The notes below the pieces were generated by a model. It was not told the origin of the DNA. It saw nothing but the letters and a program-made list of their open reading frames with translations, and ran no database searches. 64,000 nt of DNA from an uncultured Chthonomonadaceae bacterium (GTDB lineage Bacteria > Armatimonadota > Chthonomonadetes > Chthonomonadales > Chthonomonadaceae): NCBI GenBank assembly GCA_963817895.1, contig CAWFQB010000006.1, positions 288,001 through 352,000 of the forward strand, written 5' to 3'. A program made the position numbers and the translations under genes. Position 1 is the stretch's first letter; each line of letters starts with the position of its first letter. Of this stretch, positions 41,471 to 53,836 are shown one piece after another.

Positions 41471-44032
41471 ATGATTCCCATCAAACTGACGCTGAAAAAC
41501 TTTATGAGCTACGGGGCGGAACCCGTGACGCTTGCCGTTTGAGGGGCTGCATGTCGCCTGTCTGTCGGGGGACAACGGCAACGGCAAGTCCGCCCTTCTG
41601 GACGCCATGACGTGGGCGTTGTGGGATAAAACCCGTGCGCCGAGCAAGGATGATGTGATTCGGGTGGGCGCGGACGAGGTGGAGGTTCGCTTTGAGTTTG
41701 AGTTGAGCGGGCAGTTTTATCGCGTTACCAAAAAGCGGCGGCGGGGCAAAGCGACGGGCAGCGAGTGGACGCTGGCGCAGCGCGACAGCAAGGGCGATTA
41801 CACGTCTATCGGCGGCAACTCGCAAAAGGAAGTGGGCAGGCAGATCGTCACCCTGCTCAGTATGGAGTACGAGACGTTTCTCAATTCCGCGTACTTGCAG
41901 CAGGGACACGCCGACGAGTTTACGCGCCAATCGCCGGATAAGCGCAAGCAGATATTGGGCGAAATTCTGGGGTTGGAACGCTACACGCGACTGGAAGAAA
42001 AAGCGCGGGAACGCCTGAAAGAGCGCAAGGAAGCCGTCGAAGAACTGGAAATGCAGATTCGCCTGCTTGATTCCGAGATTTCAAACCTGCCGCAGTATGA
42101 GGAGCAACTGGAGCAGACGCGGGTTCGGCTGGATGAGGTCACATCGCTGGTGGAGAAGCAGGAGGCCGTTACTGCGAGCCTGCGGGAGCGCAAGGCGCAG
42201 TTGGACGCGCTGGCGGGGCAGATGGAGCAGGCGCGAAACGTCGTGCTGCGCATACAGGAAGACATCAAGTTACGCGAGGCCGAGCGGTGCAATCAACTGG
42301 CGCAGATGGAGCGGCTCCAAAAAACAATGGCGCAGAAAGACGCCATTGCGGGCGATTACGCGCAGCTGGAAAACGCCGTCAAACGGCGTGACCTGCTGGA
42401 ACCGGAAATCGAAGCCTTCAACAAAGCCAATACGGATTTGCGAACGGTTATCGGCGTGATTGACGGCATGGAAAAGGAACTGCGCGGCGAAATCCGCCTG
42501 TTCGAGAACAAAGTTCAAACGGCAGACGAGCGCAGCCGCGAACGCGCCAAACTGGAAACGCAGGCGCAAACCCTGCGCGACGGGCTGGCGGACATGCAAA
42601 GCATCGAGGCCGAACTGATCCGCGCCCTTGCCGAGCAGGAGGCAACGCAGCAGGCGTTTGCCGACCTGAGCGCGCGCAACAAAGAACTGGCCGCCGCGAT
42701 TGTGGAACTGGATGAGGTGCTGGAACTGCTGGCAGGCCCCCGCGCCGCGTGTCCCGTTTGCGAAAGCGACCTGAGCGGCGCAAAGCGCGAGAACGTTCTG
42801 GCCCGACAGCAGGCGAAAAAAGCGCAGATGCTGGCTGGAGCAGAAGCGGGTGAAGCAGCAGGGCGGCGCGAAAAAGCAGGCCTTGACTGTGGTTCAGGAG
42901 CAGGCTGCCGCGCTGACAAAACAGCGGGATGAACAGACGCTTCGCGCCAATCGCCTCCGCGATCTTACCGCCCGACTGGAAACGTATGCGCAGGCTCTGC
43001 CGGAACTGGAAGCCGCCCGCAAAAATCTGGACGCTCTGCAAACAAAACTGGCGCAGAACGATTTTGCCGCCCCGCAACGGATACAGCGGCAGCGATTGGA
43101 TCGGGAATTGGAACGCCTGAAACTGGCCCGGTCCGAGTACGAGGTCGTCAAGCAGCAGATTGCAAGACTGGAACCGAGCCGCAAGCGTATTCAGGAGTTG
43201 GAGCAGGCCGCAGTTCGCGCTGCCGCAAACCATGCAGGATATTGCCCGCGTGGAGCAGGTTCTGACCGGGAAAAATAAGGAACGGCAGGAAGCGGAAACC
43301 CGTCGAAATGAACTACAGGAGCGGTTGGGGCAGTACGAAGAGGTGAAGCGGCAGGCTGCGGTTGCCGAATCAGATTTTGCCCGCTTGCAGCAGGAACTCA
43401 ACGGCCTGAAAGTGGCGGAGGGGAGTTTCGTCAAGTTCATCGCCAATTGCGCGGGCGCGGCGGCGCAGAAAAAAGAGCGCGATAAAGAGCGGATTAAAGC
43501 CGATGATGAGAAGCGTCTGTATACCGCGTTGGCAAACGCTTTCGGGCGCAAGGGCGTACAGGCGTTGATTATCGAGAACGCCATTCCCGAACTTCAGGAC
43601 GAAACCAATACCCTGCTGGCGAAAATTACCGACAACGCTATGCAGGTGATGTTCCACACCACAAAAATCCTGAAAACCTCGAAAGAAGAAGCGGAAACGC
43701 TCGACATTGAAGTAATGGATGATTTAGGTTCGCGCCCCTATGAGATGTTCAGCGGCGGCGAAGCGTTCCGGGTCAATTTTGCCATACGTATCGCCCTGTC
43801 GCGCTTGCTGGCGCGGCGTTCGGGAGCCAAACTGCAAACCCTGATTCTGGATGAGGGCTTCGGTTCGCAGGACGGCAAGGGCCGCGAAAAATTGATTGAA
43901 GCCATTGACGGCATCAAGGAAGATTTTGAGAAGATTTTGGTCATTACTCATGTGGACGAAATGAAAGACGCTTTCACGCACCGCATCGAAGTGACCAAAG
44001 ACGCGAACGGTTCGCACGTTCATGTGATGTAG
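41471..44032 (+). CDS. sbcC: SbcC/Rad50 SMC-family ATPase (about 3 frameshifts)
   Basis: LKNFMSY, Walker A GDNGNGKS, Q-loop YLQQG, zinc hook CPVC, signature FSGGE, Walker B LILDEG, VITH. Confidence 0.92.
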
Positions 44033-44070
44033 GTATACAGGATAACCCAAAAAGGATATGGAGGCAAAGC

Positions 44071-44326
44071 ATGGCCGAAAATTCACCGGCTGGAAAACAG
44101 CGATAGGGAAGACACAGCGGATACCTTACATACGCTGCTCGAATCCTGCGACGCGCCTGCCTGCGTTGAGGAAGACACCAATGTACGCTCAACGCGTTTT
44201 CACGAGTTGGTGGATAAAGAGTTTTTGGGTGTCCTGACTTTGGAAGAAACAAAGGAACTCGACGTGCTGACACAATGGCGCGATGACCAGAAAGCGGCCT
44301 TCTACCGGAATATAGCCGTTGGATAG
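44071..44326 (+). CDS. Small acidic helical protein, putative antitoxin-like partner (frameshift in A-run near 44080)
   Basis: GGAGG RBS plus ATG; shifted frame reads IHRLENSD...RFHELVDKEFLGVLTLEETKELDVL...G*; absent from the ORF track. Confidence 0.5.
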
Positions 44327-44347
44327 GAAACGGAGTAACAGGCTTAT

Positions 44348-44848
44348 ATGGGACGCTTTGAACGGACGAAGCCGATTCCTGATGTTGCCGGAACGAAGTA
44401 TGACCGATTTCAAGAGTATGTCCGTTCCGATTTTGAGCAATGTTGCGCTTACTGCTATCTACATGAGGATCATATTGGCGGACATCGGCATTTTGAAATA
44501 GACCATTTTTGCCCGCGTAAGCCCTGTCCTGACAAGATAGATGATTTTTATAACCTGTACTGGTGCTGTCATGGGTGTAACAAGCCCGGTTGTAAACACG
44601 CGCACTGGCCGAGCGCGGAACTAATTGCATTGGGCTACGGGTTTGTTGACCTGTGTGAAGACCATTTTGAAGATCATTACTCGCTGATGCCGGATGGCAC
44701 ACTGAACGCCCTTACCAAAAAGGCGGAGTATACTATTCGGCACATAGGGCTGAACTGTGTGGATTTGAAACGCCTGCGCGTTCGCTTGCAGCAGCAGAAG
44801 CAGCGCATGGATACCGGGTATCCCGTAAACCAGCAGGCGAAGGAATAG
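44348..44848 (+). CDS. HNH endonuclease
   Basis: CAYC...FEIDHFCP...NLYWCCHGCN. Confidence 0.88.
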   Translation: MGRFERTKPIPDVAGTKYDRFQEYVRSDFEQCCAYCYLHEDHIGGHRHFEIDHFCPRKPCPDKIDDFYNLYWCCHGCNKPGCKHAHWPSAELIALGYGFVDLCEDHFEDHYSLMPDGTLNALTKKAEYTIRHIGLNCVDLKRLRVRLQQQKQRMDTGYPVNQQAKE

Positions 44849-44860
44849 TGAGGTTGAAGT

Positions 44861-45172
44861 ATGAGCAATGCAACAATGGCCCCCGAACGCACCACGACAA
44901 TTTTGCCGGACTTGGATGACCGGCGATTGGATGACGCGAACGGCAGCGGCTATATCGTAATCGTGTATGACAACGACAAGAACACCTGGGATCAGGTCAC
45001 CGGCATATTAATGAAGGCAACCGCCTGTACGCTGGAAGAGGCCGAGATTGAGACGTGGGAAGTGGACAATCTTGGCAAGTCCGTCGTGCATCACGGCAGC
45101 GAACCGGAGTGTGAACGGGCGGCGAGCATCATTCGCACGATTGGTATTCGGGTTGAAGTGGTAGAGGAGTAA
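44861..45172 (+). CDS. clpS: ATP-dependent Clp protease adaptor
   Basis: VIVYDNDKNTWDQV, WEVDNLGKSVV. Confidence 0.8.
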   Translation: MSNATMAPERTTTILPDLDDRRLDDANGSGYIVIVYDNDKNTWDQVTGILMKATACTLEEAEIETWEVDNLGKSVVHHGSEPECERAASIIRTIGIRVEVVEE

Positions 45173-45187
45173 CAGTCTTAAGCCGTT

Positions 45188-47967
45188 ATGTTTTCTATTC
45201 CCCGCGCTTCCAATCCCTATCTGGCGATGTTTGCCTCCCTGTCAACTTCGGCGGATACCGCCGCCTGCCTGCAAGCGGAACGTGCCAAACTGCTCGGACT
45301 GTTGCGCCGCGCGCCAGGGCAGGAGGACGCGCATGACCATCGCGCGGAATTGGGAATGCATCTGTGCCATGTCCTGAGCGATCTGGTGGACGCTTTTCTG
45401 TCGCGCCTGCTGGCCCTGTCCTGCCTCCGGGTGGGCGTGGAAGTGTGCGCTCCCTCCCTTGCCCTGATCGCGACCGGCGGCTACGGACGGCGCGAACTGT
45501 GTCCCTTTTCAGATATTGACCTCACGTTCGTTCCCCTGCGCGAATCCGACCCTCGTACCGACCGGCTGATACGCGACATGTTTACGCAAATCATGGACGT
45601 GTGCATCGGCAAATGCGGGCTGAAAGTGGGGTACGGCTATCGCCTATTGGAGGATTGCGTCGCGCTGGATCACCAGACGGCAAGCGGACTTTTGGATGCC
45701 CGCTTGATTGCGGGAAACGAGCGCCTGTTCATTCAACTGGAAGACGCGTTTTGGGCCGGCTTCAATTCAACGGAATTTATTTTTGACAAGCTGGCGGAAC
45801 GGCGGCAGGCGCTCGCGAAATGGGGACACCTGCCGCGCATTGTAGAGCCGCAACTGAAAGAGGGCGCGGGGGGATTGCGCGACATTCATACGGCGTTGTG
45901 GCTGGTGCAGGCGCGGGAAAACCTTGCCGCTGCCCGGATGCGGGGGGCGCGGGGTTTGGAAGTGATGCAGCGGGCGGAGTACTCAAGCGGGGAAGAGGCG
46001 CAGCGATTGGGCGAAGCGCGCGAAAAATTATTGCAGGCGCGTAATCTGCTGCACGGTTTGAGCGGCGCGGCGCGTGATTTGCTGGTACGCACCCGGCAGG
46101 AAGAGATTGCCGAGCATCTGGGCTACGACAGCGAGGAACAAAATCGCAATTCGCCGCCCGTCGAGCGGTTTATGGCGGATTTGTATCCGCATCTGGCCTT
46201 CGCGCGGCGTATGGCGGAACATACCATGCAGCGCGTGGAAAACAGCCGCCTGATGCTGGGCATCGGGTTGGACTGCCGACGAAAACGAATCGTACCCGCA
46301 AACGGCGCGCTGGAAACCGAAGACCCGACGTGGCTGCTGTGGGCCTGCGAACTGGCGCAAAAATATGATTTACAGTTCCACTACCGGCTGGAACAGGCTT
46401 GCGCCGACCTGCTGGATATTCACCCCGAAGTGCCGCAGCCGCTTGTCGCCGCGACAGGTTTTTACCCGAATCTTGAGCAAAACCGGCAAAATCGCGCCTA
46501 TCGTTCAGCGAATGGCCGAATTGGGAATACTGGGCTGGTTTGTGCCGGAATTCGCCCGAATCATGGACTTGATTCCGTATGACCCTTCGCATGAGTATAC
46601 GGTCGGGCAGCATACCCTGCGCATCCTGCACTATCTGGATCAAATTGCCGATACGCGGGAAAACGATGCTCTGGCGCGGCAGGCGGGCGAAGAGTGGCCG
46701 GACATGCGGCGCGTTCTGAAGGAATTGGGGCATCCTGAACAACTGATGCTTGCCGTACTGCTGCACGACTGCGGCAAGTCCCTGCCCGGTGGAACGCACA
46801 TGGATGTGGGCGCGGAACTGGCGGAGCGGGTCTGTCGAGCGATTGGGGTGGAGCGCGAACGCGACGGCCAATGTGGTTTTTCTGGTGCGGCATCATCTGC
46901 TAATGGCGGAAACTTCGCGCTGGCGCGATCTGAATTTGAACGAGACGATTGAGAATTTCGCGCGGATTGTAGACGATACCGACCGATTAGATATGCTGTA
47001 CCTGCTCACGTATGCGGACACGCGGGCGGTGGGCGAAAACGTGTGGTCACAGGTAAACGGGCGGTTTTTGCACGAATTATGGCGGCGAACGTCCGAGGCT
47101 TTGAACGAACAATCAGGTACGGGTGTGGATGAGGAGCGCCTTGCGCGAACGCGAAAGCGGATGGTCAGGGAATTGAAACTGGACAACCTGCCGGAAGAGG
47201 AGGTTACGGAACATGTTCAGGCCATGCCGCCGCACTATCTGCTGAACCAGAATCTGGATCGTATCGCGCAGCACATCGGCATGGTGCGCCGGGTACGTCA
47301 GGGCGAAAGCGTGGTGGATTTCTACGACGCCCGCGACGCTACCTACACGGAATTGACTGTGTGCGCTCTGGACGACCCGCAGCCGGGACTGCTTGCCAAA
47401 ATCGCCGCCGTGCTGTATGCGGGAGAATTGACGGTTCACAGCGCGCAGGTGTTTACCCGCTTCGGGGAACGGGATCGTATCGCGCTGGATACCCTGTGGG
47501 TAGATTTTAGGGGACGGCAATTGTCAGCGGGCAAGCAGAGCGAAATCGCTTCTTGGCTTGGCTCAGTATTGCGCGGCGAGTTGTCGGTAAAAGAGATACT
47601 GAAAAAGCGGCGTGGAACCAACCGCGCGCCTGCCACTCTTTCCCCCTACCTGCCGTTATCGGGAACAAGCGCGGCCCCTTCTGTGACGCCTCCCGTCCAT
47701 TCAGGCCGCGCGGCCAGTGTGCTGGCGGTTCGCAACGATGTGTCGAGTTCCCTGACCCTGATTGAGATTGAAGACCCGGATGTACCCGGCGGGCTGTTTT
47801 GGACAAGTCAGGCACTGGCAGAGTTGGGCTGGGACATACAAAGCGCGCGCGTGAGCGTGTGGCACGGAATGGCGCGGGCCTCGTTTTACGTGGCGGGAGC
47901 GCGGGCTTTGTCGGAAGCCGAAACCCGCGAACGGCTTACAAAAGCGCTGTCGGAAACGATTTCTTGA
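45188..47967 (+). CDS. glnD: [protein-PII] uridylyltransferase (2 frameshifts)
   Basis: ATGGYGRRELCPFSDIDL, LKEGAGGLRDIH, HEYTVGQHT, LLHDCGK, C-terminal ACT domains. Confidence 0.92.
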
Positions 47968-47992
47968 CAGGGACGCAAAACGGTATTATACT
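47964..47992 (+). promoter_or_regulatory. sigma70-type promoter
   Basis: TTGACA-N17-TATACT. Confidence 0.65.
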
Positions 47993-48077
47993 GAAATCAG
48001 GGGCAGGCGTAAATCGCTTTGCCGCTGAGCCAAAAGCCATTTTTTTGTGCGCCGCAAGGCGAGGAGGTTGGTGACTT

Positions 48078-48506
48078 ATGAAGCGAGGTTTTAGCGCTTC
48101 CACGTTTATTCTTGTCGCGCTGCTGTTGAGCGTGTTGTATGGGGTCGGAAAGTATGTCAATCCCCCGACGAAAGGGGGGCATGACGACCATGATGAGGAG
48201 AAACCTGCGCCCACGCAGGCAACCGCCCAAGCCAAACCTATGACGCCTCCCGGCAAACCGTCTGCGCCCACGCAGGCGGCGGCTAACGGAAAGCAGCCAA
48301 TACCGTCAAAACCGGGCGAGCCGAAAATGAACGCGGGAGCGCCGACTTCCGGTGGGGCAATGGGCGACCCGAAAATGGCGGGGATTCCGCGTAAACCGCC
48401 GGGAGCGCATCCCCCGGCCCCCAAGTCGGATGGCATGGACGCCTCCTACTGGCAGGAACACAATATGGGCGCGGTCACGGTAAAGCCAGATGCCGCCGCG
48501 CATTAA
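48078..48506 (+). CDS. Membrane-anchored Pro-rich hypothetical protein
   Basis: GGAGG RBS, N-terminal hydrophobic helix, HDDHDEE, low-complexity tail. Confidence 0.65.
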   Translation: MKRGFSASTFILVALLLSVLYGVGKYVNPPTKGGHDDHDEEKPAPTQATAQAKPMTPPGKPSAPTQAAANGKQPIPSKPGEPKMNAGAPTSGGAMGDPKMAGIPRKPPGAHPPAPKSDGMDASYWQEHNMGAVTVKPDAAAH

Positions 48507-48523
48507 GCAACTCTTTGCAAGTA

Positions 48524-48568
48524 GCCCTCAACCCCTGACCCCTTCTCCCGAAATTTGGGAGAAGGGGA
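48524..48568. repeat. CCCTCAACCCC...TTCTCCC/GGGAGAA REP-like hairpin
   Basis: Related to the interior of the 35114 MITE and to the 50776 repeats. Confidence 0.65.
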
Positions 48569-48609
48569 ACTTATAGGAAATTGAAGCGCGACCACGCAAG
48601 TTGGGCGTT

Positions 48610-48643
48610 TGCCCGCGTCTATAAGCATAGATAGACGCGGGCA
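48610..48643. terminator. Stem-loop, probable terminator
   Basis: TGCCCGCGTCTAT-N8-ATAGACGCGGGCA. Confidence 0.6.
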
Positions 48644-49018
48644 TTGTTATAACTTTATTCCGCTTTCAGGACATTTGCAACTTTTTACCGGCAAAAGTCG
48701 CGTTTTTCCAGAATCCCACTTGACAAGACTTTCGGATTATGCTAGAGTATTCCTACCACCAAAAATCCACACGCTTGCAGCATGTTTGCAGCATTGATTA
48801 CCTCACCTAGTTGTCAGGTCGCATTGGAACTACCCTGAATTAAAAATCGGCAGTGACGCTATAATGTCACAGACTCATGCCATAGCGCTACATACAGGTT
48901 CGGCAATTTGCCTGTTCCATCGCGTTTCGTTTTGCTTCGTTCCGTCCTGAGTTTTTTATTCACAAATTTGTACTGAATGTTCATCATTCAACGTTTCGTC
49001 ATTATCAAAGGAGGCGAC

Positions 49019-50768
49019 ATGAAGAGAATGGCTTGCGCGCTCGCGCTGACTGCGGGTGTAGGCTTGGTAGCAGGGACAACCGCCACTGCCGCGTTTGCGG
49101 AAACGGTTGTTACGCCCGCTGCGAGCGGTTTATCCCTGACAGTCAACACGGTGGGAACCATCCCCTCAGACGCTCCCCTGACGCTGGATGTCCGCTTTGA
49201 AGGTGGCAGCCTGCGCTTTGTGGAACTGCTGATTGATGGCGTCACGGTCAAGAAGAAGAATCTTGCCACGCGCGTCAAATCGGGGCATCTGGAGTTCCAG
49301 ATGGAAGCGGGCCTGCTTGCCGAGGGGGCGCATGAAATTCTCATCAAAGCGCAGGATGCGGACGGCAATACGGCGACAACCACCACGCAGGTCAAAGTGG
49401 TTGCGGGCGCGTCCGGGCTGGTGAAGTTCGAGTTCCCGCGCAACAAAGCGATGGTACAGGGCGTTGTGCCGCTGGAAATCAAGCTGGACGCTTCCATTCA
49501 CAACCCGTATGTGAGTTTCTTCATTGATGACGTGTTTCTGTCGCTGACCAACTACGCGCCTTTCAGCGTGAACTGGGACAGCGCGAAGGTTACAAACGGC
49601 CAGCACACGGTCAGCGTAGAGGTGTACGATGGCGACACGCTTGCCAAAGTGAAGGCCGACCAGTATGCAGATCACCGTCAACAATCCGGGCGGTTTGACA
49701 AATCGCCAGAAAGACATACAGGATTTGGGCAAGAAGCTCCGCTGATCCCGTCCATGCCGTCACGCAGGGAATTCGGGAAGCTGTAGACGCAAGCCGTTAC
49801 AGCGCCGATCCCCGCGCCAACCTGTCTTTCCATGCCCCGGATGAGATGGTGTCCCGCCTGATGGCCCCGCCCGCCAATACCACACTCCTGCGCTCCCCTG
49901 CAACGCTCTCTTCCGCTTTGGGCAGCAGCCTGAATTCCACCCCCGCGAACGCGCCGAAAGTTTCCCCGCTCACGCCGCGCGGCAAGGCTGCCGAACTGCT
50001 TCCCGTCCCGACAAACACGAGTGAAAAGTCTGCCGTGAAGCCGAACGCGTTCGCCAACATTGACCGCATAGCAAACAACGCCGACAAGTCCCGCGTGAAA
50101 GTGGTCAAGCCCGGACTGATGGGCATCGTCGCCCTGCCGGGTGAGTTCACCGCCCTTCGCGCCCCGGTTGCCATGACCGGCGACTGGCCCCCATCACCCT
50201 CCGCCCGCGCCGCGCCGGCAACATGGCCGCGCGCCCTGCGCTTACAATGGATACCGTCTCGGCGTCCGTCACCACCTCCGAAGCGCCTCGCAACGTAATT
50301 CACGCGCGTCCGCTTGCCCCCGCCGCAGACAACCTCACTGCACCCGTCGCGCCCATCAAGATCGCGCGCAGCAACATGCCGCTGCTCGGACCGGGCGCAA
50401 TTCGGGGCAAGGGGCGCACCATGCAGGTGGCGTTCGACAATACCCGCATCGCGTTTGATGTGCAGCCCCGCGTGGAGCATGGGATGCCGCTTGCGCCGTT
50501 CCGCCAGATATTCGAGCATACGGGCGGCACGATCCAGTGGTTCAACCAGTCTAAAACCCTGCGCGCGTTCAACAGCACGAGAGAAATCGAGTTCAAGGTG
50601 GGCGAGGACGAGGCGAAGGTCAACAACCAGACGGTGAAAATGGAAGCGAAAACCTATCTGGAAAAGGGCCGCACGATTGTCCCGCTCTCATTCGTCCGCG
50701 ACGCGCTGGATGTCAAAGTGTCCTATGACGCCGCAACCGGCCATCTGCGCATCGAAAGCAAGAAGTAA
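49019..50768 (+). CDS. Secreted protein with Ig-like domains and a C-terminal copper-amine-oxidase N-terminal (stalk) domain (frameshifts)
   Basis: AGGAGG RBS, signal peptide, APFSVNWDSAKVTNGQHTV, PLAPFRQIFE...GRTIVPLSFVRDAL. Confidence 0.8.
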
Positions 50769-50775
50769 GCGTTTT

Positions 50776-50966
50776 ACCTCACCCCAACCCCTCTCCTTGC
50801 CGCGCAACGCGCTAGGAGAGGGGCTTTTTTGCTTGCCAGTTCTGGTGAAAAGAGGCATATTACTACACGTTTAACGCGCAATACTGGAATGTGAACGAAA
50901 GTAAAACAACTAAAATAGCCCCTCTCCTAGCGCGTTGCGCGGCAAGGAGAGGGGTTGGGGTGAGGT
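50776..50966. repeat. Perfect 50 bp inverted pair of REP-like hairpins
   Basis: ACCTCACCCCAACCCCTCTCCTTGCCGCGCAACGCGCTAGGAGAGGGGCT at 50776-50825, inverted at 50917-50966. Confidence 0.92.
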
Positions 50967-50970
50967 GAAT

Positions 50971-53518
50971 TCAACGGGTGGTGTTTCCCGTTGTGTACAG
51001 GGTGAAATGCCGGCCCCACAGTGGATCGTCTTTTTTGATGGTTTTCGTGACGCCCTTGCGGGTTTCCTGAACAATGATGGGAAACGGTTTGTTGGTAAAG
51101 CAGACTTCGGCGAACGTAATGGCGGCGTCTGCGTTGTCAATGACGAACATCGGGGCGCGTTCGCTGTCGCCAACGGAGTAGCTGAACCCGCCCAACAGTT
51201 CCGTTTTGCTGCCGTGTTTCAAATCGAGAAGCGGGCCGCCGCCTTCGGTTTTGAGGCCGAGTATCCATGCGGTTCCACCATCGTTTTCGATGTGAACGCC
51301 GTCGCCTTCGGGGTTGAACTGCCGCGCCCACAAATGCTGGTTTTTGAAGTGGAAGTAGCGCCCGACCACATCTTCAATAAACACGTCCCCGTCCCTTGCG
51401 GCCCCGTCCGGTACGCTTCCGCGCCCTGAAAGTTGATGGCAAGCCGCTGCATGACCAGAGCGCGACTGGCGTTATGTTCCATGAAGAAATAGGGGCCGCT
51501 GGAAAAGTCGGTGCTGATGCCTTCGATGGAGACAATCGGCGCGGCGCCGTCTGTCAAATCGGAACATCGGCTGCTTATGCGTTTTGAGCGGGGTTTCGAC
51601 TGATCAGATAGGCGCGGCAGCCGATAATTCGCCGCACATTGCCGCGAATGATAATGGTTTTGTCTATGCGATAGCCGCCGCGTGGCAGATAGATGGTTGT
51701 CGCGCCCGAATCAATGGCTTTCTGAATGGCGTCGCTGGCAAAGTCGTAACTGTCAGGCGTGATGCCGAATTTGGATGGCCCTGACCATTGGTTAAGCGCG
51801 TCCCAGGGCAGTTCGGGCGTTTCGCGTATGGGCAGGCGCAGCCCTGTGCCGGGAGTGCCGAACAGGCTGGCAGTCGGCCTGGTGGCGTATTGCTCTATGG
51901 GGACATTGGGCGCGGTGATGATCCGCGTTTGCGCGCCCGTGCCGCTGTTGAGGAGAGCGCGATAACCGGACTGGCGCAGGTTGCGGGCGAAGCAGGCGGA
52001 ACGGATTTCGACGGCGGCGATTTTGGATGCGTTGCCCGTACCCTCGAAACGGCTATCGAGCAGGGTGGTAAAACCGCCGCCCGCGTACAGGCCGGGAACC
52101 TCGTTGACGCTGCGCAGGTCGCGAATCGTACAGGGTTGTCCATCGTTGCGAACCCCGTATTTATTCTGATGTTCGACAGTGATATGTTCCAGAGTTTCGC
52201 TGGCGACGCTGGTAGCGACGTGGATGCCGATGTCGAACCCGACGACTTTGACGCGCTTGATAAGGCACGGCCCCTGTTCGTCCGTATACCCCATGTCCAG
52301 ACCGATAGCGCCCTGCCCATCTCCCGAATACTAAATCCACGTCCCACATCCCGCCCTGATTGTTGGCGATGAACTGCGCCCCACACGCGCCCGGATTGCC
52401 GAGCCCGTATCTATGGTCAGGTTGTGGATTTCGTTGCTGAAACGCTGCGCGGGCGCGTGGCCTGTATACACAACGCCCTGCGGTTTACGCGGATTGTCGA
52501 AGCCGGGGCAGTTATCTTTCAGTTTGAGAACCGCGCCGGATTTGCTTTGTCCCTGCAAGACGGTGTTGCGCTGCTGTCCCTCGTTGCCGCCCCATCGCAG
52601 CGTGTTGGACACCAGATACACGCCATTGGGCAGATAGATAATGGCGTTGCGTTCCGGGTAATCGCTGAACGCTTTTTGTATGGCAGCCGTATCATCGGTC
52701 ACGCCGTCGCCTTTGGCATTGTAAGGCGCTTTGGTTACATCCACGATTCCGGCGTCCGAGGGGTAAACAATGTTTTCCCTGCCCGGTAGTGATATGCTGG
52801 AAGGAACCATAACGTAAACCGGGCGCGGATATTTGGGTTTCCAGACAACGGGTTGGGGCAGGGCGGCTTTCACGTCGGCGTTGGAAAAACGCACTTCCGA
52901 TAGCCCGGATTGTTCGCCGCCCCGATAGTTGCTTTTAATCTGCCACTTGAAATACCGCGCCCGAACGGTCTTGTCGAACGCGACCGCTTCGCCGCGCTCG
53001 TCTTCCATGCCCGATGCCATGCGTAGCGTGAACGTCCCAACGGGCAAAAAGGTCTTGTTGTCCGAAGACGCGGAAATCGCCACTTCCCGAACGCCCCGCG
53101 TGTTCCATCCGCCCGCCTCGTTGTAGTTCCACACATAAACGCCGTTGACGCCATACGCTTTTCCCAAATCGAACAGCAGCCATGAATTGGCGTCGCCATT
53201 CCACATGCAGTTGCCATCCGCGCCGACGTTGTTGGTATGAATATACACGCCGCTTCCGGGCTTTGTTTCGCCCCATCCGCTGCCGTCAATCAGCTTGTTA
53301 GGCGTTCGTCCCGCGCCCTCCTGCGAACTGGAGGCTCTGGCGTCTACGGGCGTGATAAACGCGCCGAGGGACTGTGTTGGTGGCTGGTGACTGGTGGTTG
53401 GTGACTGGGGTTCGGTATTAGGAGGCGTGGCTGTTTGGGGATGCGCAACGTGTGAAACCCCAATGGCGGAAAGCAGGGTCAAGAGGGACGCAAGGCAAAA
53501 TAGATTGGTTTTGGACAT
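50971..53518 (-). CDS. Secreted discoidin plus pectate-lyase-3/GH55-like beta-helix protein (several frameshifts)
   Basis: Signal peptide; WLLFDLG...VWNYNE; YNAKGDGVTDDTAAIQKA, IYLPNGVY and a second DAIQKAID...IYLPRGGY. Confidence 0.82.
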
Positions 53519-53548
53519 GTCCGTCCTCGCATGATGGCATTAAGTTAA

Positions 53549-53650
53549 GAGCCTATCCCAATAGGCCGGGTACAAAGAACGTACCCGTCTGAGTGGCCTA
53601 CGGCCAAGCGTCCTTCGGACGCAAATGCAATCGCCTATTGCGATAGGCTC
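53549..53650. mobile_element. MITE (GAGCCTATC termini, TAA duplication)
   Basis: TAA|GAGCCTATCCCAATAGG...CCTATTGCGATAGGCTC|TAA. Confidence 0.78.
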
Positions 53651-53677
53651 TAAGGTAACTACCTTCAAACCAGAGTT

Positions 53678-53805
53678 CGTAGGGACACAACATGTTGTGT
53701 CCGCATTGGCGGAATTGTGTCCACATCAGCGCGATTGTGTCCGCATTGCGGACTACGGGAGAGGACACAATACCGGGAGAGAATACAACATGTTGTGTCC
53801 CTACG
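53678..53805. repeat. Inverted pair of GTAG-type REPs (REPIN-like)
   Basis: CGTAGGGACACAACATGTTGTGTCC at 53678-53702 and GAATACAACATGTTGTGTCCCTACG at 53781-53805. Confidence 0.85.
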
Positions 53806-53836
53806 AGTTTTCTTGTGAACAATGACACGTTGTTGG

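Noticed and set aside
40208..44848. SMC plus nuclease defence system (Lamassu, Wadjet or Septu-like)
   Set aside because: The pair is canonical SbcD-SbcC with a zinc hook and host-like codon use; the HNH gene seems to belong with its own small partner
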